From an uncultured Pseudomonadales bacterium (GTDB taxonomy: Bacteria; Pseudomonadota; Gammaproteobacteria; Pseudomonadales; Azotimanducaceae): a DNA stretch of 64,000 nt. Each line of letters begins with the position of its first letter. Within the stretch, counting starts at the first letter, position 1. The stretch covers positions 12,249 to 76,248 of the forward strand of contig CAZFIA010000005.1 in NCBI GenBank assembly GCA_964519335.1, in the 5' to 3' direction. The position numbers were made by a program, and so were the translations under genes. This document shows, in pieces, positions 26,709-35,323 of the stretch. The notes under the pieces were generated by a model. It did no database searches. It was not told the origin of the DNA and saw nothing but the letters and a program-made list of their open reading frames with translations.

Positions 26709-27254
26709 TCATAAGTCTTTGCAGTGTTTGTTATAACTCTTTTGCTGCGACTTAACTCGCGTGGAGACTTCATTGTCCGATAAGTAGCGGCGCTCACCGT
26801 CAGGGGTTTTTTCATAAAAAACTCCACCGGACGAGAGTTCCTCAATCTCTGCAGCTACAACTTTGCACCTCTCTCGCTGCTTTAACGATAGTTCAGGTGC
26901 TCTAGCCTTAGCCATCGCCTCCAAACGACGAGTCTCTTCAAATCGCCGCAAAATCGCTTCTGTAGCCGCATGCTGACGTTGTGCCGCTCCGACATCAGGC
27001 GCCTGCGGATTACTATTACGCCATCGCCGTCTATTCTCACTTTCTAACTCTTCAAAGCGCGAACGCGTTTCTGGATCAAGCGTTTCAAGCAGTGCTTCCG
27101 AGAACATGGGCTCGTATGACTCTGCATTCAAGTTGTTTGCGCAAAGTAATAAGAACATCGCAACACTCAGGCGAGCCATATGCGCAAGCATTGATTGACC
27201 TACGCGTCGACGCGCTAAAACAGAAGACCGCGTTGGTTGACTAGCCTGCATCAC
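26709..27254 (-). CDS. secreted hypothetical protein
   Basis: 181 aa. Signal peptide MARLSVAMFLLLCANNLNA (internal ATGs at 27191 and 27179 are likelier starts), charged helical repeats, and a C-terminal GGVFYEKTPDGERRYLSD motif. Confidence 0.5.
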   Translation of the reverse strand: MMQASQPTRSSVLARRRVGQSMLAHMARLSVAMFLLLCANNLNAESYEPMFSEALLETLDPETRSRFEELESENRRRWRNSNPQAPDVGAAQRQHAATEAILRRFEETRRLEAMAKARAPELSLKQRERCKVVAAEIEELSSGGVFYEKTPDGERRYLSDNEVSTRVKSQQKSYNKHCKDL

Positions 27255-27368
27255 TCAATCCGATAGTTCCCTGCCGATATATTAATGACTGAGAATCAGG
27301 AAAACGTGACCCAACTCCCCTTGCTCAACAATCCCAAATAGTTTGCGCGAAACCAGCAACCTAACTAA

Positions 27369-28250
27369 CTAGTAATCCAGTCGAAAACTAGCGCCATCGC
27401 GAACCAACCGACCCGCTGTAGGTGTCGCAAAGTGCGTACCTAAAACCAGAACCGGTTTGTCAGCGTAGCGCTTCATAAAATCGTTGCGGGTCCGAGCAGA
27501 GAGCTCTGGGTCAACATCCGCAGTGCTCGACCAGTCTGCATGTGCTATTTGGCAGGGGTGATGAATCATGTCGCCAGTTATTATCGCCTCTTCCCCGCGA
27601 GAGCGAATATGGATACTTACGTGGCCGGGCGTGTGTCCGGGTGTGCTCTCAAGCTGCACCTCGGGACACACCTGATGATCTGAGTCGACAAAATCTGCGA
27701 GACCCGCGTCAATAACAGGTTGCACAGAGTCTTCGATTACGGGCCCATATTCTTGAGGCTCGACGCACCAATGCGACCACTCTGTTGAGCTGTAAAGGTA
27801 GCGTGCTGATGTGAACGTCGGAACAAAATTCCCATTTACCAATCGCGTATTCCAACCCACATGATCGACGTGCATATGTGTGCACAATACCGTGTCGAAG
27901 CACTCTGGAGGAAAACCATCAGCAATCAGCCGCTCCAAAAAATCGGACTGCATGTGATTCCATTTAGGATAGCTACGCACCTTGTCGTTACCGATACACG
28001 TATCGACAAGCAAAGTTCGGTCAGGTGTCTCGACGACAAAGCTGTGCATGCTCAGCACTAGCCGCTTACGCTCATCCAAAAAGGGGTCGAGCCAATCATG
28101 AGCCGAGAGAGCTTCCGGGGTCGCCTGTGGCAGCAGGTGTGGTCCCAGTGAGGCAGTGGTTAGTTCGACATAGCGTCGTATTCGTACATCACCAATCTGC
28201 CACGAGAGTACATCTAGATCAGGCATTGCGAATGGTAAGACCGCCGTCAA
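27369..28250 (-). CDS. MBL-fold metallo-hydrolase (lactonase-like)
   Basis: 293 aa with HMHVDHVGW (HxHxDH) and a later TPGHTPGH. An alternative start at ATG 28226 reduces the overlap with the upstream SDR gene to 8 nt. Confidence 0.8.
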   Translation of the reverse strand: MTAVLPFAMPDLDVLSWQIGDVRIRRYVELTTASLGPHLLPQATPEALSAHDWLDPFLDERKRLVLSMHSFVVETPDRTLLVDTCIGNDKVRSYPKWNHMQSDFLERLIADGFPPECFDTVLCTHMHVDHVGWNTRLVNGNFVPTFTSARYLYSSTEWSHWCVEPQEYGPVIEDSVQPVIDAGLADFVDSDHQVCPEVQLESTPGHTPGHVSIHIRSRGEEAIITGDMIHHPCQIAHADWSSTADVDPELSARTRNDFMKRYADKPVLVLGTHFATPTAGRLVRDGASFRLDY

Positions 28251-28995
28251 CCGGCAAGGCTACTCCAGTGATGAACGATGATGCCGGCAACACCAACGAG
28301 AGAGTGCCGTGCGCAACTTCTTCTGGATCTGCGTAACGTCGCAGCGCCACTCGCCGCTTCGCAAATATGGTTTTGTGATCGTCTCTTATTTCCGCCGTCA
28401 TTCCCGTGTTAATCGGGCCGGGACAAATGCAGTTAACGGTAATGTTATCTCGCCCGAGTTCCACAGCGAGTGACCGGGTTAGGCCAATGACACCAGTTTT
28501 TGCCGCGGTGTAAGGGCTACCGCCAGCGGTAGCGCCCAGGCCTTCGGTGGACGCGATGTTAACAATGCGCGGGTGACTGGCTTTCCGAAGATGCGGCAAG
28601 GCAGCGCGAATGGTCCGCGTGTGAGCGGTAAGTAGCACACTGAGGGATAACGCCCACCGGTCTTCAAAATCATCAGAATCTATAGGCGCAGGAAGCGATA
28701 TGCCGGCGTTGTTTACCAGAATATCAATCCCGCCAAAATCAGCCGCGATCTGGGCGATCGTGCTCTGGATCGCAGCGCCATCAGCAAGATCAAGCGGGTA
28801 GGCTCGGGCATCGGTCCCAGCAGCGGCGATGAGTGCTTGCTCCTCAGCCAGCGGCTGTTCATTAATATCAATAAGAGCAACCCGAGCACCTGCGTCTGCA
28901 AACACTCGAGCAGTGGCCTGACCCATGCCACTTGCAGCTCCGGTAATGATGGCAACCTTGCCCTCAATCGATCGACTGAATTTCGATAGCGCCAT
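28219..28995 (-). CDS. SDR-family oxidoreductase (FabG-like)
   Basis: GKVAIITGAASGMGQA (TGxxxGxG), NNAG and YTAAK (YxxxK). I chose the start at ATG 28995. Confidence 0.9.
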   Translation of the reverse strand: MALSKFSRSIEGKVAIITGAASGMGQATARVFADAGARVALIDINEQPLAEEQALIAAAGTDARAYPLDLADGAAIQSTIAQIAADFGGIDILVNNAGISLPAPIDSDDFEDRWALSLSVLLTAHTRTIRAALPHLRKASHPRIVNIASTEGLGATAGGSPYTAAKTGVIGLTRSLAVELGRDNITVNCICPGPINTGMTAEIRDDHKTIFAKRRVALRRYADPEEVAHGTLSLVLPASSFITGVALPVDGGLTIRNA

Positions 28996-29076
28996 ATGTC
29001 TCTCCCCTATTTGTAGACCACGGACGAACCGCAAAAGGTACCCGTCTAGAGCGCTCGAGACAAAGGGAGAAAGAGA

Positions 29077-29152
29077 TGGTGGGACGTCTGGGGTTCGAAC
29101 CCAGGACCAACGGGTTAAAAGCCCGGTGCTCTACCAACTGAGCTAACGTCCC
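29077..29152 (-). tRNA. tRNA-Lys (anticodon UUU)
   Basis: The reverse complement GGGACGTTAGCTCAGTTGGTAGAGCACCGGGCTTTTAACCCGTTGGTCCTGGGTTCGAACCCCAGACGTCCCACCA folds as a cloverleaf. The anticodon loop is CTTTTAA, the T-loop is GGTTCGAA, and CCA is encoded. It is very similar to E. coli tRNA-Lys. Confidence 0.95.
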
Positions 29153-29302
29153 TATGCAACTGCGGGTTATCTGCCGAATGGCCCCGCGCAGCGAGCGGCA
29201 CAGTTTAGCGGCGGGAAAGCTAAACGCAACCGCAAAAGCGGGTATCTGAACACTGTTAAATCTGACCCAAGTCAGCCTTTACAACGATGCATGACTGCCC
29301 GG

Positions 29303-29338
29303 AAATCATGGCTGTCCAATAAATCATGGCTGTCCAAG
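29303..29338. repeat. dispersed GGACA(G/T)CC repeat, 2 x 18 bp tandem
   Basis: AAATCATGGCTGTCCAAT (29303-29320) and AAATCATGGCTGTCCAAG (29321-29338), located between the queC stop and tRNA-Lys. Confidence 0.85.
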
Positions 29339-29340
29339 AT

Positions 29341-30030
29341 TCACGCGTACGGCGTCGGGTCAGGCACGCCGGCCTGCTCAAAGCCGGCGGCGCGCAGGCG
29401 GCAACTGTCACAGCGGCCGCATGCACGACCGTCGGGGGTGGGTTGGTAGCACGACAGGGTCAAGCTGTAGTCGACATCATGTTGAACCCCAAGTTGTATG
29501 ATCTGCGCCTTGGTTAGATTAAGCAGCGGCGCACGAATGTTCAGCTTCTGACCTTCGACCGCTGCCTTGGTAGAAAGGTTGGCCATGGCCTCGAAGGCCG
29601 CGATGAATTCTCCGCGACAGTCCGGGTAACCCGAGTAGTCGACTGCGTTGACGCCAATGAAGATGTCACTCGCACCCAGTACTTCAGCCCAGGCGAGCGC
29701 CAGCGACAGAAAAACAGTGTTGCGAGCCGGGACGTAGGTGACCGGGATACCCTCAGTGGGCTCTTCGGGCACGTCGATCGACAGGTCCGTCAGCGCCGAA
29801 CCACCAAACTGCGAGAGATCGAGCGTCACCGTACGGTGCTCGATTGCACCGGCGGCGGCAGCCACCCGGAGTGCAGCAGCAAGCTCAGCTTCCTGTCGCT
29901 GACCATAGTCAAACGACAACGCGTAGGTTGCATAACCTTCCGCGATCGCAGTGCTAAGCACGGTAGAGGAATCGAGCCCGCCAGATAACAACACTACCGC
30001 ACGAGGGCGGTCTGGATGCGTGTCAGTCAC
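29341..30030 (-). CDS. queC: 7-cyano-7-deazaguanine synthase
   Basis: 229 aa with [13 protein letters not shown] (PP-loop) and the C-terminal Cys cluster CGRCDSC. Confidence 0.95.
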   Translation of the reverse strand: MTDTHPDRPRAVVLLSGGLDSSTVLSTAIAEGYATYALSFDYGQRQEAELAAALRVAAAAGAIEHRTVTLDLSQFGGSALTDLSIDVPEEPTEGIPVTYVPARNTVFLSLALAWAEVLGASDIFIGVNAVDYSGYPDCRGEFIAAFEAMANLSTKAAVEGQKLNIRAPLLNLTKAQIIQLGVQHDVDYSLTLSCYQPTPDGRACGRCDSCRLRAAGFEQAGVPDPTPYA

Positions 30031-30674
30031 CGCCCCGCCTCATCATTCCACAACAGTTTGTGCAGCTGGATTTGAAAGCGAACGGGCAATCTATCCTGCA
30101 CTATCCAATCCGCGAGCAATCGTGGTTCAAGCTCTGGGGCGCTGGGTGAGAGGAGAACCGCGGCCTGGCCCTGAAACAATTCATATTGCTCGCATTTCAA
30201 TCGGGTCCACTCGTAGTCACTACGATCGCAAATCACAAACTTGATCTCATCGTGCTCGCCAAGGCTTGCAAGGTTAGCGTAGAGGTTTCGGCCTACCTCA
30301 CCCGATCCTGGCGTCTTCAAATCAACCACCCGAGCTACTCTTGGATCAACTGTTGTGACATCAAGCGCGCCACTGGTCTCAAGCGAGACCTGCAAGCCTT
30401 CGTCACAGAGTTTTTGCATGAGCTCAAAAACACCGGCCTGAGCAAGGGGCTCTCCACCAGTGACGGTGACATGCGCAACACCATACTCAAGCACCTGGGC
30501 GACAAGCCCATCAATTTCATGAAGTTCCCCGCCGGAAAACGCGTACGCCGTATCGCAATATTGGCAGCGCAGCGGACAGCCTGTGAGGCGCACGAACACC
30601 GTAGGCAAACCACCACGCGACGTCTCTCCTTGCAGAGAGACAAACACTTCGGTAATTCGCAGGGTGCCGGCCAC
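30027..30674 (-). CDS. queE: 7-carboxy-7-deazaguanine synthase (radical SAM)
   Basis: [13 protein letters not shown]... and [10 protein letters not shown] (a CX3CX2C variant) are typical of QueE. I chose GTG 30674, just downstream of the cpoB stop. The track ORF (to 30761) overlaps cpoB. Confidence 0.88.
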   Translation of the reverse strand: MAGTLRITEVFVSLQGETSRGGLPTVFVRLTGCPLRCQYCDTAYAFSGGELHEIDGLVAQVLEYGVAHVTVTGGEPLAQAGVFELMQKLCDEGLQVSLETSGALDVTTVDPRVARVVDLKTPGSGEVGRNLYANLASLGEHDEIKFVICDRSDYEWTRLKCEQYELFQGQAAVLLSPSAPELEPRLLADWIVQDRLPVRFQIQLHKLLWNDEAGR

Positions 30675-30687
30675 CGGAGTTAAGCGG

Positions 30688-31869
30688 CTAGCGGAGTTCA
30701 GCAGCGTAAGTGCGAGCCAGTCCCGCAGCAGGCGTATCGGGATAACGCACCACAACATCATCGAGATAGGATAGCGCTTCGGTGGTGCCGCCGAGCCGAT
30801 GATTCACCACGCCCAGCTTATAGAGCGACAGCGGGACTTTCTGATGCGCCGGAAACTGGGCAACAACCAAATTGAATGAGCCCCGCGCATCTTCCAGACG
30901 ATCAGACATCAGATACAGCTCCCCAAGCCAGTAGCGTGATTCGGGAGCATAGCTGCCGTCGGGGAACTCATTGATCACGCCCAAATAAGCCGCTATCGAT
31001 TGCTCAAATTGCTGGTCTTTCATCAGCTCGAACGCACGAGCGTAAGCCTCTTGTTCTGTGGATACTCCCACAGGTTCAGGACTGAGGATCGGCTCCGGTT
31101 CTGCGACAGACGCCGAAGCCGGCGCAACCACGGTTGGCGATCGGTCGGTTTCATTCGCTAAGGCCGTCTCTTCTGGCACAACCGGAGCCACTGCAAGCGA
31201 GTCATCCAACTCTCCCGTCTGCACTATCGGCACTTGCGGCCTTGGTGGAGGCACAGCCGGAAGCAACACGGTGGGTTGCTGGCCCTGGGCTTCTTTCAAC
31301 GGGGCAGGATCAGGGACAGGAGAAGGGACAGAGGACGAGGTCTGCAAGGCCGGTTCTTGCCCAGCCAAACTCTCACCCGGGCTCGCCGATGCCGGATCTT
31401 GCCCGGCAAGCCGACGATCAATATCAAGGTACTGAGACCGCTGCAGATTCTGCAGACGCTTTATCTCATACGCCTGCTCTTCTACAACCCCGCGCAACTC
31501 CAACAACTCAGCTTGCAGCTGCTGCAACTCGAAAAACAACTGCGCGTTCTGACCCGGTTGCAGTTGCTGTGGTTGCACACTGCTACCAGTGGCAAGCGAG
31601 CCGTCTTGTATCGGCTCGCTTTCGTAACCCGGATATCCACTGGAACCAGATTGGGGCGTAAGCCCTTCGGGCAGCACCGGTTGTGGCGTACTGATCCCGT
31701 TTATTAACTCGCCTATCGCCGCGGACCCTTCCGCAGCAACCGAGCTGCCCGGAGCCTGAGCACCACTGGTACTCATATCTTCAACCGGCACCGCGGCCTG
31801 CGCCCGTGGTGCCGGTAGGAAAGTTATGAAGGAGACAGCGATAACGGGCATTAACGCAAACCGGGTCAT
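30688..31869 (-). CDS. cpoB: cell division coordinator CpoB (YbgF), with a long low-complexity linker
   Basis: Signal peptide MTRFALMPVIAVSF...AQA (start ATG 31869), a coiled-coil segment (LFFELQQLQAELLELRG..EEQ) and a C-terminal TPR domain (YW.GE......A...F......P.H.K...A..KLG). The gene sits after pal. Confidence 0.82.
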   Translation of the reverse strand: MTRFALMPVIAVSFITFLPAPRAQAAVPVEDMSTSGAQAPGSSVAAEGSAAIGELINGISTPQPVLPEGLTPQSGSSGYPGYESEPIQDGSLATGSSVQPQQLQPGQNAQLFFELQQLQAELLELRGVVEEQAYEIKRLQNLQRSQYLDIDRRLAGQDPASASPGESLAGQEPALQTSSSVPSPVPDPAPLKEAQGQQPTVLLPAVPPPRPQVPIVQTGELDDSLAVAPVVPEETALANETDRSPTVVAPASASVAEPEPILSPEPVGVSTEQEAYARAFELMKDQQFEQSIAAYLGVINEFPDGSYAPESRYWLGELYLMSDRLEDARGSFNLVVAQFPAHQKVPLSLYKLGVVNHRLGGTTEALSYLDDVVVRYPDTPAAGLARTYAAELR

Positions 31870-31921
31870 CCTAAACCCAGCGGTAACTGTTGTAGAACGA
31901 GCCAAACGCAACACGTTAGAC

Positions 31922-32458
31922 CTAGCGGTAAGCCACAATCGCGCGTCGATTACGCGACCATGATGATTCATTGTGGCCCGGATCTTCAGGCCGTTCCTCG
32001 CCATAGCTCACCGTCTGTATTTGCGAAGGTGTAGCCCCGGCAGACAGTAAAAAGCGACGCACGGTATCTGAGCGACGCTCACCCAGCGCCAGGTTGTATT
32101 CGCGTGTGCCGCGCTCATCGCAGTGGCCCTGGATCAATATGGACCGGGACGGATTTTCCGCAAGCACCCTGGCGTGCATCTCAAGAATGGCCAGATCGTT
32201 CTGCGACAGATTTGACTGGTCGTAAGCGAAATAAAATGTGCGCGCAAGCAGCTGGTTGGTACCCGGAATATATGGGTTTCCGCTGCTATCGAAGGTGCCA
32301 AATGATTGCTGCGGAGCCGGTGCAGGCGGGGGCTCATCGCCTGTTACCTTATCGTCATTACCGGGTGGCAACGCTAACGGAGGACTGCTGTTACAACCCG
32401 CGAGCAAAAGTCCTACGAGGGTGAAGGTCGCGGTAGCACGAAGCCAGTTTGTATTCAT
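31922..32458 (-). CDS. pal: peptidoglycan-associated lipoprotein Pal
   Basis: Lipobox LLAGC (start ATG 32458) and an OmpA_C domain (FYFAYDQSNL...IQGHCDERGTREYNLALGERR). Located in the tol-pal cluster. Confidence 0.95.
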   Translation of the reverse strand: MNTNWLRATATFTLVGLLLAGCNSSPPLALPPGNDDKVTGDEPPPAPAPQQSFGTFDSSGNPYIPGTNQLLARTFYFAYDQSNLSQNDLAILEMHARVLAENPSRSILIQGHCDERGTREYNLALGERRSDTVRRFLLSAGATPSQIQTVSYGEERPEDPGHNESSWSRNRRAIVAYR

Positions 32459-32663
32459 TCTGAATGTCTCCTGAGACGTTTTATCAGCACTGTTTTGTAA
32501 GCTCAACGCGAGGCGGATTAACCAATATTGTTCGTACTCGCGCCGGAAAAATTGCGAAAAAAAGAAATGCCTGAGCGTCAGCCAACTGAGTATTGGCAGA
32601 CTCTAAACAACACATCCTGTCACCAAAAGTGTCCTCAATTGTCCCAAGGAATTGTCCGAAGGC

Positions 32664-34046
32664 TCAATTGCTCAAAGGAGAGGTGGTGACAACCGATCGC
32701 AAATAGGGCGACCAGGCGGGTTCACGAACATCTCCATCTGAGGATGGTAAGCGGTACTTCACGCGACCATCGACAGACACAACGGCGAGTATACCTCGGC
32801 CATCGATTTGTGTGGCATATATCACCATCGCTCCGTTGGGTGCGACCGACGGAGATTCATCCAGATCGGTTTGGGTGAGAATGCGGAAATCGTCACCCGC
32901 AAGGCTCTGCCAGGCAATGTGGAACACGCCTGACTGACGATGCACAAATACGAGATGCTTGCCGTCCGGCATATGCTGAACGCGTGCATTGTAGTCACCC
33001 TCATTGGTCAACCGCGCATCGAACTTGCCGCTGCGCGCATCAAGCTGGTAAATCTGCGGCTTGCCGCCCCGATCCGAGGTAAAGGCGATCATTTTGCCAT
33101 CGGGCGAATAGCTGGGTTCTGTGTCTATCGCCCGATTTTGGGTCATGCGCCGAAGACCCCGGGTCTCAAGATTCATGATGTAGATCTCCGGGTTGCCGTC
33201 CTTTGACAGCACCATCGCGAGTTCTCTTCCATCCGGGGAATAGCGCGGCGCGCTGTTGATACCGGGAAACTCTGCGATTTTCTCGCGGCTGTTTGCCACC
33301 AGATCGTGCAGATAGATCGCTGACCGACCCGTATCAAAAGAGACATAGGCGACCTCGCGGCCATTGGGCGCCCAGCTTGCCGAAAGGATCGGCTCATTAG
33401 ACTCGTGCAGCGTCTGCACCCGCTCGCCGTCAGAGTCAGAGATCTCCAACTTGAAGGTGGCGCCTCCAGTGCCGAGCCGACTAGCAAGCACATACATTAA
33501 GCGCGTGGAGAACGCTCCAGGGATACCGGTGGCCTGCTCGAAAACAATGTCGGCCGCCTTGTGCGCCATATCGCGCCACTGACTGCTCGACCCCGCAATT
33601 GACTGTGCGGCCAACAATCTTTCGGCCACTACATCAAAGACGTACAAATTAAGCACCTGACCACCCGCGGTACCAGGCACCACGTTGCCTATCACCAAAA
33701 ACTCCTGGCCCTGAATTTTCCAGTCGCGAAACAGCACCTCCGAGGGTTGGGTAGGCAGCGACAACATGCTCGAGGCTTCGAGCACTTCAAACTGGCCGGA
33801 GCGCTGCAGATCAAATTCAACAATGCCCTCTATGGGGGCTTGAGCGCGCACCTGGGGGTCAATGCGAAACGGCACCACAGCCACTTTAGTCTGCTTGTCG
33901 TAACCGGCATCAATAATCACGGTATCGAGTGTTTCGGCGCCAAATAGCGCAGACGGTGCGGCCAATAACACAATCGTACAAAGCCCAATCCACAATCGCC
34001 GTGCTCGACGTTGCAGCTGCGTATTCAATTCAATCGGTCTAATCAA
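32664..34046 (-). CDS. tolB: Tol-Pal system beta-propeller protein TolB
   Basis: 460 aa with repeated WSPDG/YSPDG blades and a signal peptide. The TTG start overlaps the tolA stop. Confidence 0.95.
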   Translation of the reverse strand: MIRPIELNTQLQRRARRLWIGLCTIVLLAAPSALFGAETLDTVIIDAGYDKQTKVAVVPFRIDPQVRAQAPIEGIVEFDLQRSGQFEVLEASSMLSLPTQPSEVLFRDWKIQGQEFLVIGNVVPGTAGGQVLNLYVFDVVAERLLAAQSIAGSSSQWRDMAHKAADIVFEQATGIPGAFSTRLMYVLASRLGTGGATFKLEISDSDGERVQTLHESNEPILSASWAPNGREVAYVSFDTGRSAIYLHDLVANSREKIAEFPGINSAPRYSPDGRELAMVLSKDGNPEIYIMNLETRGLRRMTQNRAIDTEPSYSPDGKMIAFTSDRGGKPQIYQLDARSGKFDARLTNEGDYNARVQHMPDGKHLVFVHRQSGVFHIAWQSLAGDDFRILTQTDLDESPSVAPNGAMVIYATQIDGRGILAVVSVDGRVKYRLPSSDGDVREPAWSPYLRSVVTTSPLSN

Positions 34047-34870
34047 CGGAGTAAATCCTCGGGATTAAATAACAGGTTAAAACGCCGAAAGCGGCGTTCA
34101 AAAATAGCTGAATCATCAGGCACATCAAAACGTCTGGAGCGCCTGATGGCTGACTCAGCCGAACGGTCAAAGGCTGCATCTCCACTAGAGGTGACAAGCG
34201 ACACCGCCGAGACAGAACCGTCAGGGACCAGCTCTACTCGCAGCGTAACCTTCATGCCATTGCGTGCGGAAGCAGGCCGTGACCAATTAGCAACAATTTT
34301 ACTGCGAATACCCTGAAAAAAGGTCTGCGCAAGGGCTGCTTCTGCACCCTCAGCCTCTTCTGCTGCGGTTTTTTCTTTACTAGCTACTGAGCTGGTAGAC
34401 AAGGCTTCTAGCCGAGCCTGCCGCTCTGCCTTGGCACGCTCCGCTGCCTCCTCGATGCGGGCAGCACGATCGCGTTCGGCCTGGGCACGCACGCGTTCGA
34501 CTTCTTCACGCGCCAGTTTTTCTTCCTCATCACGCTTCTGCTCTTCCGCACGTTTTTTGTCGCGTTCAATCGCAAGCTGTTTGCGCTTGGTTTCTTCACG
34601 TTGCCGACGCTGATCTTCAAGCAACCGGGGATCTACCTTGTCGGGAGCTGCAATCGGCTCCGGTTGCGAACTTGGCGGTGGAGCCTGCGCGCGCGCTTTG
34701 GACTGGGTGGGTTCGAGCACTAACAAAGAGGCATTAATCACCTTCGGCTTTATAATTCTCTCTTCACTAGCTTGCGTGCTCACGCCTTGCCAGAGAAACA
34801 ACACAAGCGCTGCATGAATCGCAAAGGCAAGTAGTACGGGAAGCGAGTAGTGGCGTAGGGCGTAAAGCAT
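34043..34870 (-). CDS. tolA: Tol-Pal system protein TolA
   Basis: 275 aa with an N-terminal TM helix, a long E/K/A/R-rich helical domain and a C-terminal TolA/TonB-like domain. Located between tolR and tolB. Confidence 0.85.
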   Translation of the reverse strand: MLYALRHYSLPVLLAFAIHAALVLFLWQGVSTQASEERIIKPKVINASLLVLEPTQSKARAQAPPPSSQPEPIAAPDKVDPRLLEDQRRQREETKRKQLAIERDKKRAEEQKRDEEEKLAREEVERVRAQAERDRAARIEEAAERAKAERQARLEALSTSSVASKEKTAAEEAEGAEAALAQTFFQGIRSKIVANWSRPASARNGMKVTLRVELVPDGSVSAVSLVTSSGDAAFDRSAESAIRRSRRFDVPDDSAIFERRFRRFNLLFNPEDLLR

Positions 34871-34879
34871 CGACAGCGA

Positions 34880-35323
34880 TCAGCTACCGCTAGAAGGCGA
34901 GCTCGCAGGATCAGTAATAAGGCCAACGCTTTCCGCCCCAGCCCCCTGCAGCACAGTCATGATCTTAACCACGCGACCATAATCAAGGCTGTGATCTGCA
35001 CGAACGTACACCGGAATATCAGGTCGCGCGCTTATGACTTTGGTTGCCTGATCCGCCAACGAAAATTCAGTAACACGGGTACCTTCGTCATCATCGTCAG
35101 ACAAGCCAAGATTCACAAAGATCGCGCCGTCCGCCTGAATTGATACAACAAGAGGATCATCCTGTTGTTCGGCGATGGGCTCTGACGGGGCATTAGGAAG
35201 GTCCACCAGCACGCCCTGCGTTAACAGGGGCGCTGTTGCCATAAAGATCACCAGCAGCACCAGCATAACGTCGATGTAAGGCACCACGTTTATCTCAGCC
35301 ATTGGCTTGCGCCTGCCCGCCAT
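34880..35323 (-). CDS. tolR: Tol-Pal system protein TolR (ExbD family)
   Basis: 147 aa with the EINVVPYIDVMLVLLVIFM motif. Confidence 0.92.
   Translation of the reverse strand: MAGRRKPMAEINVVPYIDVMLVLLVIFMATAPLLTQGVLVDLPNAPSEPIAEQQDDPLVVSIQADGAIFVNLGLSDDDDEGTRVTEFSLADQATKVISARPDIPVYVRADHSLDYGRVVKIMTVLQGAGAESVGLITDPASSPSSGS

Noticed and set aside
29035-29340. Integrase-mediated genomic island boundary (att site) at tRNA-Lys.
   Set aside because: There is no integrase, excisionase or phage gene next to the tRNA, and I found no second copy of the tRNA 3' end within the window. Only the short dispersed repeats are present.
30675-30687. A preQ1 riboswitch controlling queE or queC.
   Set aside because: The queE and queC genes follow cpoB and each other with 0-13 nt spacers. 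There is no room for a riboswitch aptamer, and no preQ1-like hairpin is visible.
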